Assembly (NCBI GenBank): GCA_964016885.1
Contig: OZ024762.1
Span: 3,100,001 to 3,164,000 of the forward strand
DNA from: Eledone cirrhosa
Taxonomy: Eukaryota
DNA length: 64,000 nucleotides
Direction: 5' to 3'
Part shown: positions 26,892 through 41,178 of the stretch, piece by piece
Layout: every line of letters starts with the position of its first letter
Position numbering within the stretch: the stretch's first letter is position 1
Translations under genes and position numbers: made by a program
The notes under the pieces: generated by a model
Told to the model about the DNA's origin: nothing
Seen by the model: only the letters and a program-made list of their open reading frames with translations
Database searches by the model: none

Positions 26892-27975
26892 CTAGCTGAT
26901 GTACCCAGCTTTGCCCAGGTAAACAGATGATAGAAGACAAGTAGAAAAGAAAATGGTTGTATTGGATGTTTGTCTGGTTTACAGTATGAGGCGAGACTGT
27001 GGTGTCTGTCTCTCTCTCAGTCTCTCTCTGCCTCTCTCTGCCTGTGTGTATGTGTAGTGTCGTGGGTGTATGTGTAGTGTTGTGTGTGTATATGTATGTG
27101 TAGTGTTGTGTGTGTGTGTGTATGTGTATGTGTGTCTGTATGTGTGTTACAAAAAAATAAACAGTAAAAATATCTTCCAGATACACCAGATTCTTCGTTT
27201 GACCGTTCCTGCATAGTATATGAAGATTTCTAGGTGTCTCCACTCTCGAACAACCTACATATGACTGTCCATGGGTAGAAAGGGATTCTCTGATTCAATT
27301 CTACAACTTTGAGACTTTGACCCTGAGTTTTATGTACAGTCCTAGCAAAACTGACAGATCTGAAGTCTTGATAATTTGACCCTGAGTTTTATGTACAGTC
27401 CTAGCAAAACTGACAGATCTGAAGTCTTGAGAATTTGACCCTGAGTTTTATGTACAGTCCTAGCAAAACTGACAGATCTGAAGTCTTGAGAATTTGACCC
27501 TGAGTTTTATGTACAGTCCTAGCAAAACTGACAGATCTGAAGTCTTGAGACTTTGACCCTGAGTTTTATGTACAGTCCTAGCAAAACTGACAGATCTGAA
27601 GTCTTGAGAATTTGACCCTGAGTTTTATGTACAGTCCTAGCAAAACTGACAGATCTGAAGTCTTGAGACTTTGACCCTGAGTTTTATGTACAGTCCTAGC
27701 AAAACTGACAGATCTGAAGTCTTGAGAATTTGACCCTGAGTTTTATGTACAGTCCTAGCAAAACTGACAGATCTGAAGTCTTGAGACTTTGAATGGCAGC
27801 TCGGTAAAGGAAGGGATGAGAGGAATCTTAGGAATAAATGCATTTTCTCCTCGATGATTGCCTCCAGGGATAGTGACCTCTAGGAGATGGTTCATCATCC
27901 TCCTGGCTGTAAAGTGTGTGCCATTGTATAGAAGTAGTGGGTCCAGGTTTCTCAAAAGGATGATGGAAGTTCCAA
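26892..27975 (-). mobile_element. Helitron 3' fragment (Pif1-like helicase C-terminus and CTAG end)
   Basis: LRNLDP...NGT, FIPKIPLIPS, FARTVHKTQGQ, HGQSYVGCSRV and TKNLVY motifs. An imperfect subterminal hairpin precedes CTAG|T at about 26892. Confidence 0.88.
27310..27792. repeat. 59-bp tandem repeat (~8 copies) within the Helitron helicase sequence
   Basis: Unit TTTGACCCTGAGTTTTATGTACAGTCCTAGCAAAACTGACAGATCTGAAGTCTTGAGAA. Confidence 0.95.
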
Positions 27976-30900
27976 TATTTTATATTATATGTAGATATAT
28001 AGATTATATATAGATATATATATACTATATAGATTATATATAGATATATATATACTATATAGATTATATATAGATATATATATACTATATAGATTATATA
28101 TATAGATAATTGTATATAAATGTGTGTTTGTGTGTGTGAGTGTGTATGTGTACACGCATGTGTGTGTGTGAGAACTAGCGTCCGAATCTTGTGTTTAATT
28201 CTGTGATTCTGATTAAGTACTTATGTGAAGATGTGTGTATGTAAGTTACTAAGGCGTAACGTACGTAACGATGAAGGAGTGTAGAGATGGGAGGGGGTGT
28301 AGAGATGGGAGGGGGTGTAGAGATGGGAGGGGGTGTAGAGATGGGAGAGGGGGTGTATTTCGGATCAGTTTTCTTTGTCGCCATTCCATCTTTTAATTGC
28401 TCCAGCTTAATACTTTCTGACAACAAAGTAAATATATTAAATAACAATCTATTTGATATTTCCAACTATTTTATTTTGATGACAACTTTTAAATGGAAAA
28501 TCTGAAAAAGGAGGGAAAACTGAGAAAATGGCGTTTGTTAGTTTAGTTTTACTGAAATATTTCACTTGCGGTTTCTCTGTTTCTTATTTCTGTATTTCTT
28601 ATTTTATTTTAGTTTTATTTAATTTCAATTTATTTAATTCTAGTTATATAAATTTATTTTATTTTAGTTTATTTTAGTTATTTAAATTTATTTTATTTTA
28701 TTTTTATTTTATTCTACTTATATAAATTAATTTTATTTTATTTAAATTTCATTTAATTTTATCTTGATTTTATTTACATTATATTTTAATTAGGTTTTAT
28801 TTAATTCTATTTTAATATTTATCTTATTTAAATTCTAATTTTTGTTTTATTTTATGTTATCTAAATTTTATTTCATTTTATTTTTGTTATTTGTTTGAGT
28901 TTTTTTTATTCTTTTTATTTTTTTGTTTAATTTTCGTCAAATTCGACAATTTGATATAGTGTTCCTTCCAAATTTTAAAAGTATGAAATAATGGCTTTTT
29001 TCCTAAACCTTAGTAATCTTAATAACACGATGTTGTTACAGGAAGATAACACCTTGTTTTGCTTAAATTTCCTCCAAAAGATTCCAATACACACACAGAC
29101 GCATACAGACATATACGCACATAGACACACTCACACAAACACAGACCTATACACACACAAAAACCTATACACATATGCATATATACACACACACGTGCAC
29201 ATATATATACACACATTTATATACACACACACGCACATATATATACACACATGCACATACACACACGCACATATATACACACACACAAATGCTCACATAT
29301 ACAAACACACAAAATACACAATACAGACACACGCACACACAATTGCTCACACATACATACACAAATGCATACAGGTATAAACACACATACATATACACAC
29401 ACCCATACATACATATACACACACAGAGTTGCCAACACATACGCACACAAATGCATACACTGGTATACAGAGAGAGAGAGAGAGAGACCTACACAGACGC
29501 ATTAACTTCTTCAAATATGACATTTTTAGACATTAGATCGCCAAGCAAACAGCGACACACCCTTGTGACCTTTTCAAACTTAAATGAGTTCTGTCGTTTA
29601 GTTGGTCGCTTCATTTCCTTCCACCTGTTCTACCCTGCCTGCCTGCCTGCCTGCCTGCAAACAAAAACACAGGAGGCAATTTTTACAGTTATATTAGGCT
29701 CGTTATTGCTCCTATTAGTCTACTCACCCTCTACAAATACCCTAAACTGAACGCCAACCTGTACCCCTCCCCAGACTCTCTTTACACAACCAGACCTTAA
29801 CAGTCACCTAATGGAGGAAGACGGACGTTATCAAGCCACAGCTGTCATATTACGTAGTTTCTATATAATACAGCCAAACCTATTATTATCTGCAGCGACC
29901 ACTCCCCTTGTGTGTGTGTGTATGTATATATATATATATATATATATGAGTCGTGACAACACTGGTGCCAAGCTGTGTCAGTCCTTCCCTTTCTCTTGGA
30001 CCAGTGTCTGGTGAGAGAGCCGGTTTAATCGCCAACCACTCGACCATGAAGCATTTTTTGGTAGGGATGGGTTTTAGGGGGAAGAGGTTTTTAGGGTTTT
30101 TAGTCATTTTTATTTGTTTGGCTTTATTTTTGCTCACAAGGAATTGGTCAACCTGGGGCTATAGTATAAGGCAATCCTCGCGGTGCCAAATAAGACTTTA
30201 AATTAGAGTTAAGAAATGCCTCGTCACACACACATACACACACAGTGTCATGGTGAATCTCCCTGAGAACTTCAACGGTACATGTATCTGTGGAATGCTC
30301 AGCCACCTACACTATAATACATGAACTGAAGCTATAAATTCAAAGAGCCAGCCATGTCACACACACACAGTGTCATGCTGAATCTCACTGAGAACTGCGT
30401 CAACGGTACACGCAGGACCTATGAGAGGGGGTAGGGGTTCAGCCGGTACTTTGTTCCCTGGGTCCAAGAGCTAAGAAGCCCCCACAGCAACCAAGCAACA
30501 CCCATTTTGAGAAAAATCTTTGCCTGCTTCTGACTCCATGGGGCTCTTGTACCGCCCTGCGAAATTTCTTTTGGATGCCCTAGGTACATGTGTCTGTGAA
30601 ACGTTCTATAGAATGCTCAGCCCACATATACACGTAAATTTCACGAGCAGGCTATTATATTGACCGAACCAACCGACGAAGGTCCAATATTGTTTGTAGT
30701 GAATTTTACGAGTGGGTTATTCCATTAATCGAAACCAACTAGAACACTCACCGTCGAAACCGACGGAGATCCAATATTGTTTGTTGTCCGTCCACATAGT
30801 AAATTTCACAAGTAGGCTATTCCATTTTTCGAAACCAACTGAAACCGACGGAGATCCAATATTGTTTGTTGTCCGTCCACATAGTAAATTTCACAAGTAG

Positions 30901-33288
30901 GCTATTCCATTTTTCGAAACCAACTGAAACACTTGCCGTCGAAACCGACGGAGGTCCAGTATTGTTTGTAGTGAATTTCAATCAGTTGATTGAACCAACT
31001 GAAACACCCACCGTCGAAACCGACGGAGGTCCAGTATTGTTTGTTGTCCTCTCACATAGTAACTTTCACGAGTAGGCTAGCTATTCTATTAATCTAAACC
31101 AACTGGAACACTCGCCGTCTAAACCGACGGAGATCCAGTATTTGTTTCTTTGTTTGTTTGTTGCCCTCCACAGACCTCGCCATATGTAAATGATGTGTTT
31201 CAACCGCAGGCAGGAATTCATAAAGACGTGAGGTTTCTACATTTATCGTTGGTTGCTTTCATGTCACTCACACTATGAGCAGACTGAAACCTATTCAAAG
31301 TGATAGCTCACCTCACAACTCACACAGACACACGTATATGTGTGTATCTATATATCTCTACATCTATACATATCTACATCTAGATCTATATATATCTAGA
31401 TCTATCTATCTATATAGATATATAGATATATATATAGCTATCTATCTATCTGTCGTGCTCCTGTGGCTAATAAAGAAATATATCTATCTGTCGTGCGATA
31501 GATCGATGGTAAGATTTTGTAAAAATTTTCCTAACTTTAACAATGTCGAACGCTAGACAGCGAGAAGAGAAGGAAAGAGACAGATATAAGCGTTATATCT
31601 CCCTCTATTTCCATAGAAGTATCTATGGAGACGAACAACAACAAAACTTCGTTTCGTAAAGAAATGAATATTCACACAACAAAAGATGAAAATAACAGCC
31701 GACAACAGACAGCAAAAAACACAGAAAATGCTGAAAATGCTGAAAATGAAACAATTGACACAACTACACACGAAAAAAACCAACAACAACACCAATAAGA
31801 TGAAAAATGTAAACAACGACGACGACGACAATGATAACAACAACAATAACAACGACGATGACAGCAACAATGATAACAACAACAACACCAACAACAACAA
31901 CACGAAAAACTCCACAAACAAGTAAAAGATTTCCTTCGCAAAAACCGTCCAAAAGACGGAACTGTTTACATACCTTGACATTTCCAATGCTAGGGAAATG
32001 TTAAGTGATGCAAAGCAGTGTGTAACTTTTGGTGAGAGTGGTGCTTTCAGCATCACTTCTCAACAGTTACGTAGAGAAACTGTCCTAAAAACCAGTAATT
32101 TTTAGGACAGTTTCAAATGTGGCGAAAAAACCAGTCCAATTATCTCAAAACGACATTGAACTGGTTCTGAAAAATTCCATGAAGGATATTGCCTTCATTC
32201 AAAAAGGTAAACTTTTTGGAAGCATTTCGGTGTTGTTGAAAGACCAATTGACGGCACAAAATTATTCTGTGTCGCCGATTGTGTGATAGACACACATATA
32301 CATATATATATACACATACATATACACGTAGACACACATATACATATTTATACACATACATATAGACACACATATACATATTTATACACATACATATAGA
32401 CACACATATACATATATATATACACATACATATAGACACACATATACATATATATACACATACATATAGACACACATATACATATTTATACACATATACA
32501 TACATATACATATATATATATACACATACATATACACGTAGACACACATATACATATTTATACACATATACGTACATATATATACACATACATATACATA
32601 TTTATACACATATACATACATATAGACACACATATATACATATATATATACACATGCATATACACGTAGACACACATATACATATTTATACACATATACG
32701 TACATATATATATATACACATACATATAGACACACACACATATTTATACACATATACATACATATAGACACACATATACATATATACACATACATATACA
32801 CGTAGACACATACATATTTATACACATATACGTACATATATATACACATACATATAGACACACATACATATTTATACACATATACATACATATAGACACA
32901 CTACATATATATATATACATAGACACACATCTGCATATATATACATATAGACACATATACATATATATATATATATATACATATAGACATGAATAAGACC
33001 CGTCCCACCCTTGCAAGCAGGGAAAAGCGGACGTAAAATGATGATGATGATAGACACACATAAACATATATATATATTTATATATACATACATATAGACA
33101 CACATATACATATATATATACATACATATAGACACACACATATATATATACATACATATAGACACTGCTAAAGAGGAATCCCATTGCGAATCATCTTCCA
33201 AAATACCACGCTTAAAGCAGGCTTCCTGGTACGTATCACATATTTCTCCAACAGTTTTGAGGTCCTGAAAACTTTAGGGATTCAAAAT

Positions 33289-33320
<32 letters not shown>

Positions 33321-33369
33321 GACATCCTCAGTTTTATATATATAGATATATTATTTACAATGTGCATGT

Positions 33370-33560
33370 AGACAGGTCTTTCCTGAGACATTCTAACCAC
33401 ATGCCCATAGTATGGCAGCTGTGATCTCTCAATTTGGAGTAGTGGCTCTACCTGGAGTGACTCACTGATCTCCGAGCTACGCACTTTATCGACTAACCTT
33501 ACTCCAAAGACCCTTCGGAGGAGGAACCCCATTTCAGCCGCTTGTATTCGACTAATTGTT
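33370..33560 (-). mobile_element. RTE-type LINE fragment
   Basis: RIQAAEMGFL...IERSQLPYYGHVVRM. Confidence 0.8.
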
Positions 33561-33884
33561 TTTTTAATCAGATGGAGACAACCTAGAAAAATTACCGATT
33601 TACAAACTTTATACCCTGCACCTGACATTCGTAGTTTAAACCCCATTTATTTACTGCAGCTGTTAGTATTTAGCAGTATTGTGTTGTTATTTTCTGTATT
33701 GAAAGCAATGTTTTCAATATATACATGATAGGTCTAAGGATGATGAGAAGTGGTGATGGCCCGTGAAACATATACACACCAGGTCCGAATACAAAAGAAC
33801 CAAACTCCCACAGCTCCCACATATACACTACGTCTGAACACAAAGGAACCAAACTCCCACTGCCACTCCTGTTCTCCCCATCTC

Positions 33885-34020
33885 GAACATATATCACCAT
33901 CAAGCAATGACTTACCATAAATGTTGATTTGTCAACTTGTATGGAAAATTCATCAATCCGGGAGATTATAAACGAGTTCATGTTTGACGTGGGTAGCCAT
34001 TTTGTTTATACGTCAAGAAA
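33885..34020 (-). mobile_element. hAT (Buster/Charlie-like) transposase fragment
   Basis: DEFSIQVDKST...IYVR resembles the FSIQLDEST...YVR motif. Confidence 0.6.
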
Positions 34021-34116
34021 TTGTTAAGTGGAGCACTAGGTTATTATTAAGTGGAAATGTCTTGATAATTGTGTCGGAGTTTTTTTATGCATTAGAGACA
34101 AGAGAACTTCTTCAAT

Positions 34117-34770
34117 AATTGTTTCTACTTTAGGCACAAGGCCAGCAATTACCCAGTGCATTACTGGTACTTTATTTTATCGACCCCGTAAGGATGAAAG
34201 GCAAAGTCAACCTCGGCGGGACTTGAACTCAGATCGTAAAGGGACGTAACTATGCTGGAAAGCATGGCGTCCGACCCTCTACCGATACTACCAATCCACC
34301 GCCCTAATAATTGTTTCTACTTTAGGCACAAGGCCAGCAACTACCCAGTACATTACTGGTACTTTATTTTATCGACCCCGTAAGGATGAAAGGCAAAGTC
34401 AACCTCGGCGGGATTTGAACTCAGACTGTAAAGGGACGTAACTATGCTAGAAAGCATGGCGTCCAACCCTCTACCGATACTGCCAATTCACCGCCCTAAT
34501 AATGTCAAAGTAAGGTGTCTCCTATAATGTGCGACTTACTAGGATTTGGGACCAGTAACGTAATGCTGTATAATTCAATAATTGTTTCTACTTTTGGCAC
34601 AAGGCCAGCAATTACTCAGTACATTACTGGTACTTTATTTTATCGACCCCGTAAGGATGAAAGGCAAAGTTAACCTCGGCGGAATTTGAACTCAGAATGG
34701 AAAGGGCTGTAACTCTATGCGTCAAAGCATGGCATTCGACTCTCTACCGATACTGCCAATCCACGCTATA
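34117..34770 (-). mobile_element. Three closely spaced family-A SINEs, two of them head-to-tail
   Basis: Highly similar ~190-bp copies at about 34117, 34309 and 34580. Confidence 0.9.
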
Positions 34771-35399
34771 TAATTCAATAATATTGTCATCCAGCTGCGT
34801 GGTTGCTTTCTGAAATTCTGTATTCAACCTTTAACGCTCTTCAAACGAAGTTGTAAGGGATATAACTAAGATTTTTGCTCTGGTCAGCATGCTTAGAATA
34901 TAAATGACATTTTAAAACATGAAAGCTTCGTGGCTTCGTTGCATGTTTGGTTGCAAAGAATACATATTGGTAGTTTTCTGCTCTAAGAAGCGATAAACCC
35001 ATAAGATAAATAAATAATACTGTATTGACGACAAATTTTCTTAAATGGAGTCATTGTGGGTGTTTAAAAAATTGTACAATACTAAGAGAAAATAGTAGGA
35101 ACAATAAATAACAAAATTGACCTTCACCAAGTTATATTGTTACTCCAAGTCCGTCTTCAATAATCTATAGAACATAGCTCACGAGCTTGTACAAGACGAA
35201 CTGTTAATTTACTGCAGACTTGTCATTGAACTGGTGAGCAGAAAAAACGGACTTCCGGTCAGGCAGAACACATTACCTAAATTTCAGTTCTTGCCTTTGT
35301 CATCCAATAAATCAGTTTATTTGACATAGTTTAACTACAGCTATAACAGGTTCCTTTGAGAAAAAAAAATTTTTTCGGGTAACTTATGCTGAAATTATG

Positions 35400-35865
35400 A
35401 GGAGGCACGTGACTTCGTGATAAGGGAGTTAGACTTACGATCATAATGTCGTGGGTGCGATTCCTGAGCTGGGTTGCGAGTTGTGTTCTTGAGCAAAACA
35501 CTCATTTCACGTTGCCCCAGTATACTCAGCAGAACATGAGTACCAGCAATTGTTGGGGGTTAATCCTGCAATGGACTAGCGTTTTGTCCAGGGGGAAGTC
35601 TTGTTATTCACTAGTGGTAAGGGTGTTGAACTTACGATCATAATGGCGTGAGTTCGATTCCTAGACTGGGTTGTGTTGTGTTCTTGAGCAAAAATCTTCA
35701 TTTCATATTGCTCCAGTATACTCAGCTGAAAATGAGTACCAGCAATAGCTGGGGGTTTAACCCTGTGATGGACTGGCGTCCTGTCCAGGGGGAAGTCTTT
35801 ACTTTCAGTCGCTTCACGCCATGAAACCGGGATAAGCACCAGCCAAATGAGCCTTCTGGCTTAGA
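35400..35865 (+). mobile_element. Two tandem tRNA-derived SINEs (family C)
   Basis: tRNA-like head, then CCCTGTGATGGACTGGCGTCCTGTCCAGGGG and GAAACCGGGATAAG. A related pair lies at 45040-45355 (-). Confidence 0.75.
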
Positions 35866-36182
35866 TTTTGGAACTATGTTGAAATACATTCTTAATTGTT
35901 TCTACTTTTGACACAAGGCCAGCAATTACCCAGTTCATTACTGGTACTTTATTTTATCGACCCCGTAAGGATGAAAGGCAAAGTTAACCTCGGCGGGATT
36001 TGAACTCAGAATGGCAAGGGCCGTAACTCTATGCGTCAAAGCATGGCGTCCGACCCTCTACCGATACTGCCACTTAACACTCAAAATCCGATATCCCCCA
36101 AAATATTCTGTTCAGTTGAAAAGTTGAAATGGCCCAGGTTGAGAAAACCTGCTCTGTGTCAAGGTATCTCAAAACATGACCC

Positions 36183-36202
36183 TCAGATTAATTTTCTTTG
36201 TC
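36183..36202 (-). CDS. Putative terminal Dmrt exon (G-QRKLI-stop)
   Basis: Strong acceptor ttttctttcattctatcgcag at 36203. Its phase-1 reading matches the 39708 donor and ends at TGA. Confidence 0.4.
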
Positions 36203-37459
36203 CTGCGATAGAATGAAAGAAAATTTGTCCCCTCTACATTTTGTACTACATATATCCTAGAAATGATTTAGGCCAACAATTTTGGGAGAAGGAAAAGTCG
36301 GTTAAATCGACCCCAGTGCGTTACAGGTACTTTATTTATTCAACCCAATAAGAATGAAAGACAAAACTAACCTAGGCAGATTTCCAAGGTTGGCTAAGGA
36401 ACACTTCAAAAGAGATGTCTACTGGGAACAGCAAAGCCCTCCTCATATGTCCTGTAGCAGCTTGATGTTCATTTGGGCTATTTTCTGGTTAAGTACACAG
36501 AAATGACTGAGATATCAAATTCATTATTCTTCTTCTTCTTCTTCACCCACTTATTCCTGAGAGGGTCGTGGGGACAGAGTCCTCAAACACTCCCTCCAGC
36601 AGGTCCGTCAGAAGCAACCATCTCCAACTGATCCTGCTGGATTCCCAATCGTGACCAGCCAAGCTCATGGATGTTATCCAACCACCTTGTTCGGGGTCTA
36701 CCCCTGGGTCTCCTGCCTCTTCCTTTCAAACTCAGAACTATAATTTCTCAGATAAGTGGCTTACGTCTAATTAAACAGGTAAAGCCGCCGTCTCTTGTTA
36801 TTTTGAATAATAAAATCACTTTCAAAAAATATAATCTTTATTTAACCAACAGGGGAAAAAAACAAAACAGAACATCTTTTTTTAATATTGGTTTCTGATT
36901 TAGGCACAAGGCCAACAATTTTGAGGGAAGGGGAAAGTCGATGAAATCGACCCCAATGCATTACTGGTACTTTATTTTATCGACCCTGTAAGGATGAAAA
37001 TCAAAGTAAACCTCGGCGGGATTTGAACTCAGACCGTAGAGCCTGTAAAACATGCCCGATGCTCTACAGATACTGCCAATCCCCTTCCTTTTTTTTTTAA
37101 ATAATTGTTTCTATATTTGGCACAAGGCCAGCAATTTGGGGGAGAGGAAGAGTCAATTAAGTCGACTCCAGTACATTACTGGTACTTTTTTTTATCGACC
37201 CAATAAGGATGAAAGGCAAAGTTAACCTCAGAATGTAGAAGCAGCAAAACATGTTTTCCAACGCTCTACCGATTCTGCCAGTCCACCAGCCTTTTGTTTT
37301 GTTTTTCAATAATACAAAATAAAGTTTCTTTTTTTTTAGGGGGAGGGGGGGTATTGGCAACTAATTTATTGGAATGTCCAGAAAAATGTCCAAACATCTC
37401 ACATTGAAAGAATAATTAATTTAACAAGGAATTATTGGTGCTACTTTAGAATATGGTCA

Positions 37460-37940
37460 ACCAATGTCCAGACATTTGACAAGGAATTACTGGTGTCATG
37501 TGGTCAATCGATGTCCAGAATAGTGTCTAGACATTTGACAAGGAGTTATTGGTGTCATGTGGTCAATCGATGTCCAGAATAGTGTCCAGACATTTGACAA
37601 GGAGTTATTGGTGTCATGTGGTCAATCGATGTCCAGAATAGTGTCCAGACATTTGACAAGGAGTTATTGGTGTCATGTGGTCAATCGATGTCCAGAATAG
37701 TGTCCAGACATTTGACAAGGAGTTATTGGTGTCATGTGGTCAATCGATGTCCAGAATAGTGTCCAGACATTTGACAAGGAATTATTGGTGTCATGTGGTC
37801 AATTGATGTCCAGAATAGTGTCCAGACATTTGACAAGGAATTATTGGTGTTATTTGGTCAACCAATGTCCAAGAGAAGTGTCCAGACACTCAACAATTAT
37901 TGGTGCTATGTGGTCAACCAATGTCCAGATATTTGACAGT
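37460..37940. repeat. 59-bp minisatellite (~7-8 copies)
   Basis: Unit GTCCAGACATTTGACAAGGAGTTATTGGTGTCATGTGGTCAATCGATGTCCAGAATAGT. Confidence 0.95.
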
Positions 37941-39708
37941 CAAAGAACATTATATTTGCTGCCCTATCAGACACACTTTTTAAAAAACAAAAAAACAAAA
38001 GAAAAAACCATTTTAAAATCCTCCCAGCTTCCCACACATTTTTATCACCGGTGGGAGACTGAATGGAGATGAGGGTAATCATGGTTAAAAAACATTTAGT
38101 TTGTATTACTATTAGTATTACTAATACAGTAATACAATTATTTAGTATTAGTAATACAGTTTAGTTAGTATTAGTATTACTAATATAGTAATACAATATA
38201 ATTTAGTTTGTATTACTGTTAGTATTACTAATACATTAATACAATACAATTTATATCAGTAAAATGATGTCAAACTTATACAAGAGTTTCTGGAAAGACA
38301 AGGAAATAATTTTTAATAAATTTATGAAGAAATGTACTAAAATTCTTATTTTCTCAAAATGTCCGTTTAAAACCAGAGGGCGTCCAATAGGCCAGCAAAT
38401 ACAGTAATTCAACAAGGGATTCATTAGGGATACTTTAGTATGTGGTCTACAACGGTATCTGTAGTCTCTGCTGTGTAATAACTTCTCTTGTCTACTAGAG
38501 TTAAGATTAGGGCTAAAGTTAGGGTAAGGGTTAGGTGGTAGGGTTTTGTTTGTTGAGATAGACAACACACTCAACTGTAAATAACCAGGTAGACCAAATA
38601 CTGGACTGTAAATGACCAGGTAGACAACACACTGAAGTATAAATGACCAGGTAGACCCGCCCCCCACTAAAGTGGCACCAATATATGAAGGACCCTCACC
38701 AAATACTAACTTCAAAATTAAGAAAATGTTTGTAAAGGTGAGGGTAGTGAGAAAAGAAAACCAAATAATGTAAAAAAATGAATTAACAGCAATGATTTGT
38801 AATGTTTCAGTTGTTTGTGTAAGTGGCTGAGCATTCAACAAGCACGTGTACCCTTAACGTAAGTCAGCATCACACTGTGTGATAAGTTATATTCCACTAA
38901 CACATGTACTCTTAAAATATTTCTCAGGGAGATTCAGTATATCACAGGGTGACAAGTTTAGCCCCTTTAAGATATTGTTCTCAAAATAAATGTTTCTACT
39001 TTTGGCACAAGGGCAACTATTATCCCCAGTGTATTACTGGTACTTTATTTTACCAACCCCTTAAGGATGAAAGGCAAAGTTAACCTCGGCTGGATTTGAA
39101 CCCAGACTGTAAAAGGCCGTAACTCTATGCTGCAAAGCATGGCGTCCGACCCTCTACCAATACTGCCAATCCACTGCCCTGTTCTCAAAATAAATATCAG
39201 AATCTCATAAATTTGATATTATGTGAGATACAAACATTACAATAGTAGATAAAGAGTAATGTTAAAGAGTTAAGGTATTGTTCTCAAAATAAATAATATC
39301 AAAATCTCATAGATTCAATATTATGTGAGATAATTATGTAAGATAAAGCCTTTACCATTAAAATACAATAGTAGATATAGAGTAATGTAAATGCTAAAGG
39401 GTTAAACTGGCCATAGCTGGCCAGAATTCTCTCACTTCCTTCTGTTCAAACCGGCTGTAACTGGCCACTCATACTGACGTTAAGGTATTCTTCTCAAAAT
39501 AAATAATATCCAAATAGATTTGATATTATGTGAGATAAAGTGTTTAACGTGAAAATACAATAGTAAATATAGAAAATACAATCGTAAATATAGAATAATG
39601 AATAATGGGTTAGAATTTTTAAAAAAATGAAAAGATAAGTTTTGACAAGTGGTGGAGAAAAGATGCTCAGGGATAGGAAGGCACATGAAACACAGATGTG
39701 CAGCTTAC

Positions 39709-40027
39709 CACTGTGGTAACTGACTGAACTGTCCTCATAAACCATGGTCTTTTCAATTACTACATGATATATAAAGGGGGAGGGCTCCTCCTCACTTGAG
39801 GTATTCATCGATGTTGCTATTGTTGTAATCGTTGTTGCTGTTGTTGTTATTGTTGCTGCTGTTACTGTTATTGTTGCTGCTGTTGTTGTTACTGTTATTG
39901 TTGCTGCTGTCACTGTCATCATTATGCTGTTGTTGTTGTTAGTATTGCCATTTTTGAGGCCGGTTAAGGAACCAGAAACGGTGCCATCAGAGTGCTCTCC
40001 CTTGATGAAATCAACCTCTTCTAAAAT
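39709..40027 (-). CDS. Putative third Dmrt exon (ILEEVDFIKG...Thr-rich...SYHS)
   Basis: Open frame after ttgctgtag and ending at donor G|GTAAGC (39708). An upstream donor GTTAGT lies at 40328. It is in frame with exon 2 only if one A is inserted at 40349-40352. Confidence 0.5.
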
Positions 40028-40126
40028 CTACAGCAAGGCTATAAAAATGTTTATTTACAGGAACATTGGAAATATGATTCAATATAGGACACCAGTCGTG
40101 TGTGTGTGTGTGTGTTGTAGGGATGG

Positions 40127-40161
<35 letters not shown>

Positions 40162-40345
40162 GGACGGATGGTTTTGTGTGTTGGATGGATGGTTTTGTGT
40201 GTGTGTATGTGTATGAGTTGGATGGCTTTAATTGTGTGTGTGTGTGTGTGTGTGAAAGAGTTGGATGTATGTTTTTAATTGTGTGTAAGAAAAAACAAAT
40301 ACTTTGATACATTCACACACACACTAACATCTGTTGCTCTAGCAA

Positions 40346-40995
40346 CTATTTTGTGGTGTCCGCGGCCAGCTTACAAGACTCCATAGAACTATCCAGATGT
40401 TTGAAAGAGAGGTTTTCCGGTATTTGTATATCCTTCACAGTGGAAGCCACGGAGCTGTCGCAGAGCTTCTGGGTCCAGGAATTCATTGGGTAATTAAGGG
40501 TGTTCCAGAACAACGGGGTTCTGTTGTAATTGCTGAACCCTAGGTTTTGAGACGCACGTGCCAACTGGTAGCCGTTGCTTTGATAGAAGTATGAAGGGTT
40601 GAACTCAGAGCCTGTCATGCCACTGGTGGACATCTGTGATGGCGGATAGTATATAGAGTTGGCATTGGGCATGTTAGTACTACTACTTGTAGCAGTAGTA
40701 GTACTACTACTATTAGTACTACTAACACTACTACCAATATTGCTGCTACTACTGAAGCTAGTACCATCGGATATCTTGGTGGATGAAGCGAGGGCGCCAC
40801 AGTTGGAAGCTGAGAAGGACGTCTTTGGGGTATAGTAGCCAAAGTCTGCTTGAGTTGGGGATGAATAGATGTAACCTGTTGGTGGCTGAGTGGAAGGTAT
40901 CTGTAAGTTCAATGGCAGGTTTACATTAGGTATGGTCTGATTACCACTGATCTGTTGTACAACAGGATAGCTGTTAGACGCTGAAACGAAAGAAT
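40346..40995 (-). CDS. dmrt: Dmrt gene second coding exon (Ser/Thr/Pro/Tyr-rich), to the in-frame TAG
   Basis: Long non-microsatellite ORF preceded by pyrimidine-rich acceptors (tttcag at 40996 and 40981). Both are phase 1 and match the DM-exon donor. Joined, the two exons encode 311 aa as sequenced. Confidence 0.8.
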
Positions 40996-41178
40996 CTGAA
41001 ATGCCAAAGGTTGACAAGAAAACGAAACAAATTATGCTGTGAAAACTTGATGAATAAAACAATTACATAATTACCTCCCCTGACAATTGATCTTAATCTG
41101 TTAGCTGCCGAGTATATTTTACAATTACAGTTGCTGGACTGGTTTGTTTTTTATTCATTAAAATGACTATTTTTTTAA

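Noticed and set aside
31660-32060. Possible exon or TE ORF1 with Asn/Asp runs
   Set aside because: It has stops, low complexity and no recognisable motif.
38505-38545. Interstitial telomere-like TTAGGG
   Set aside because: Only a few degenerate units, not a real array.
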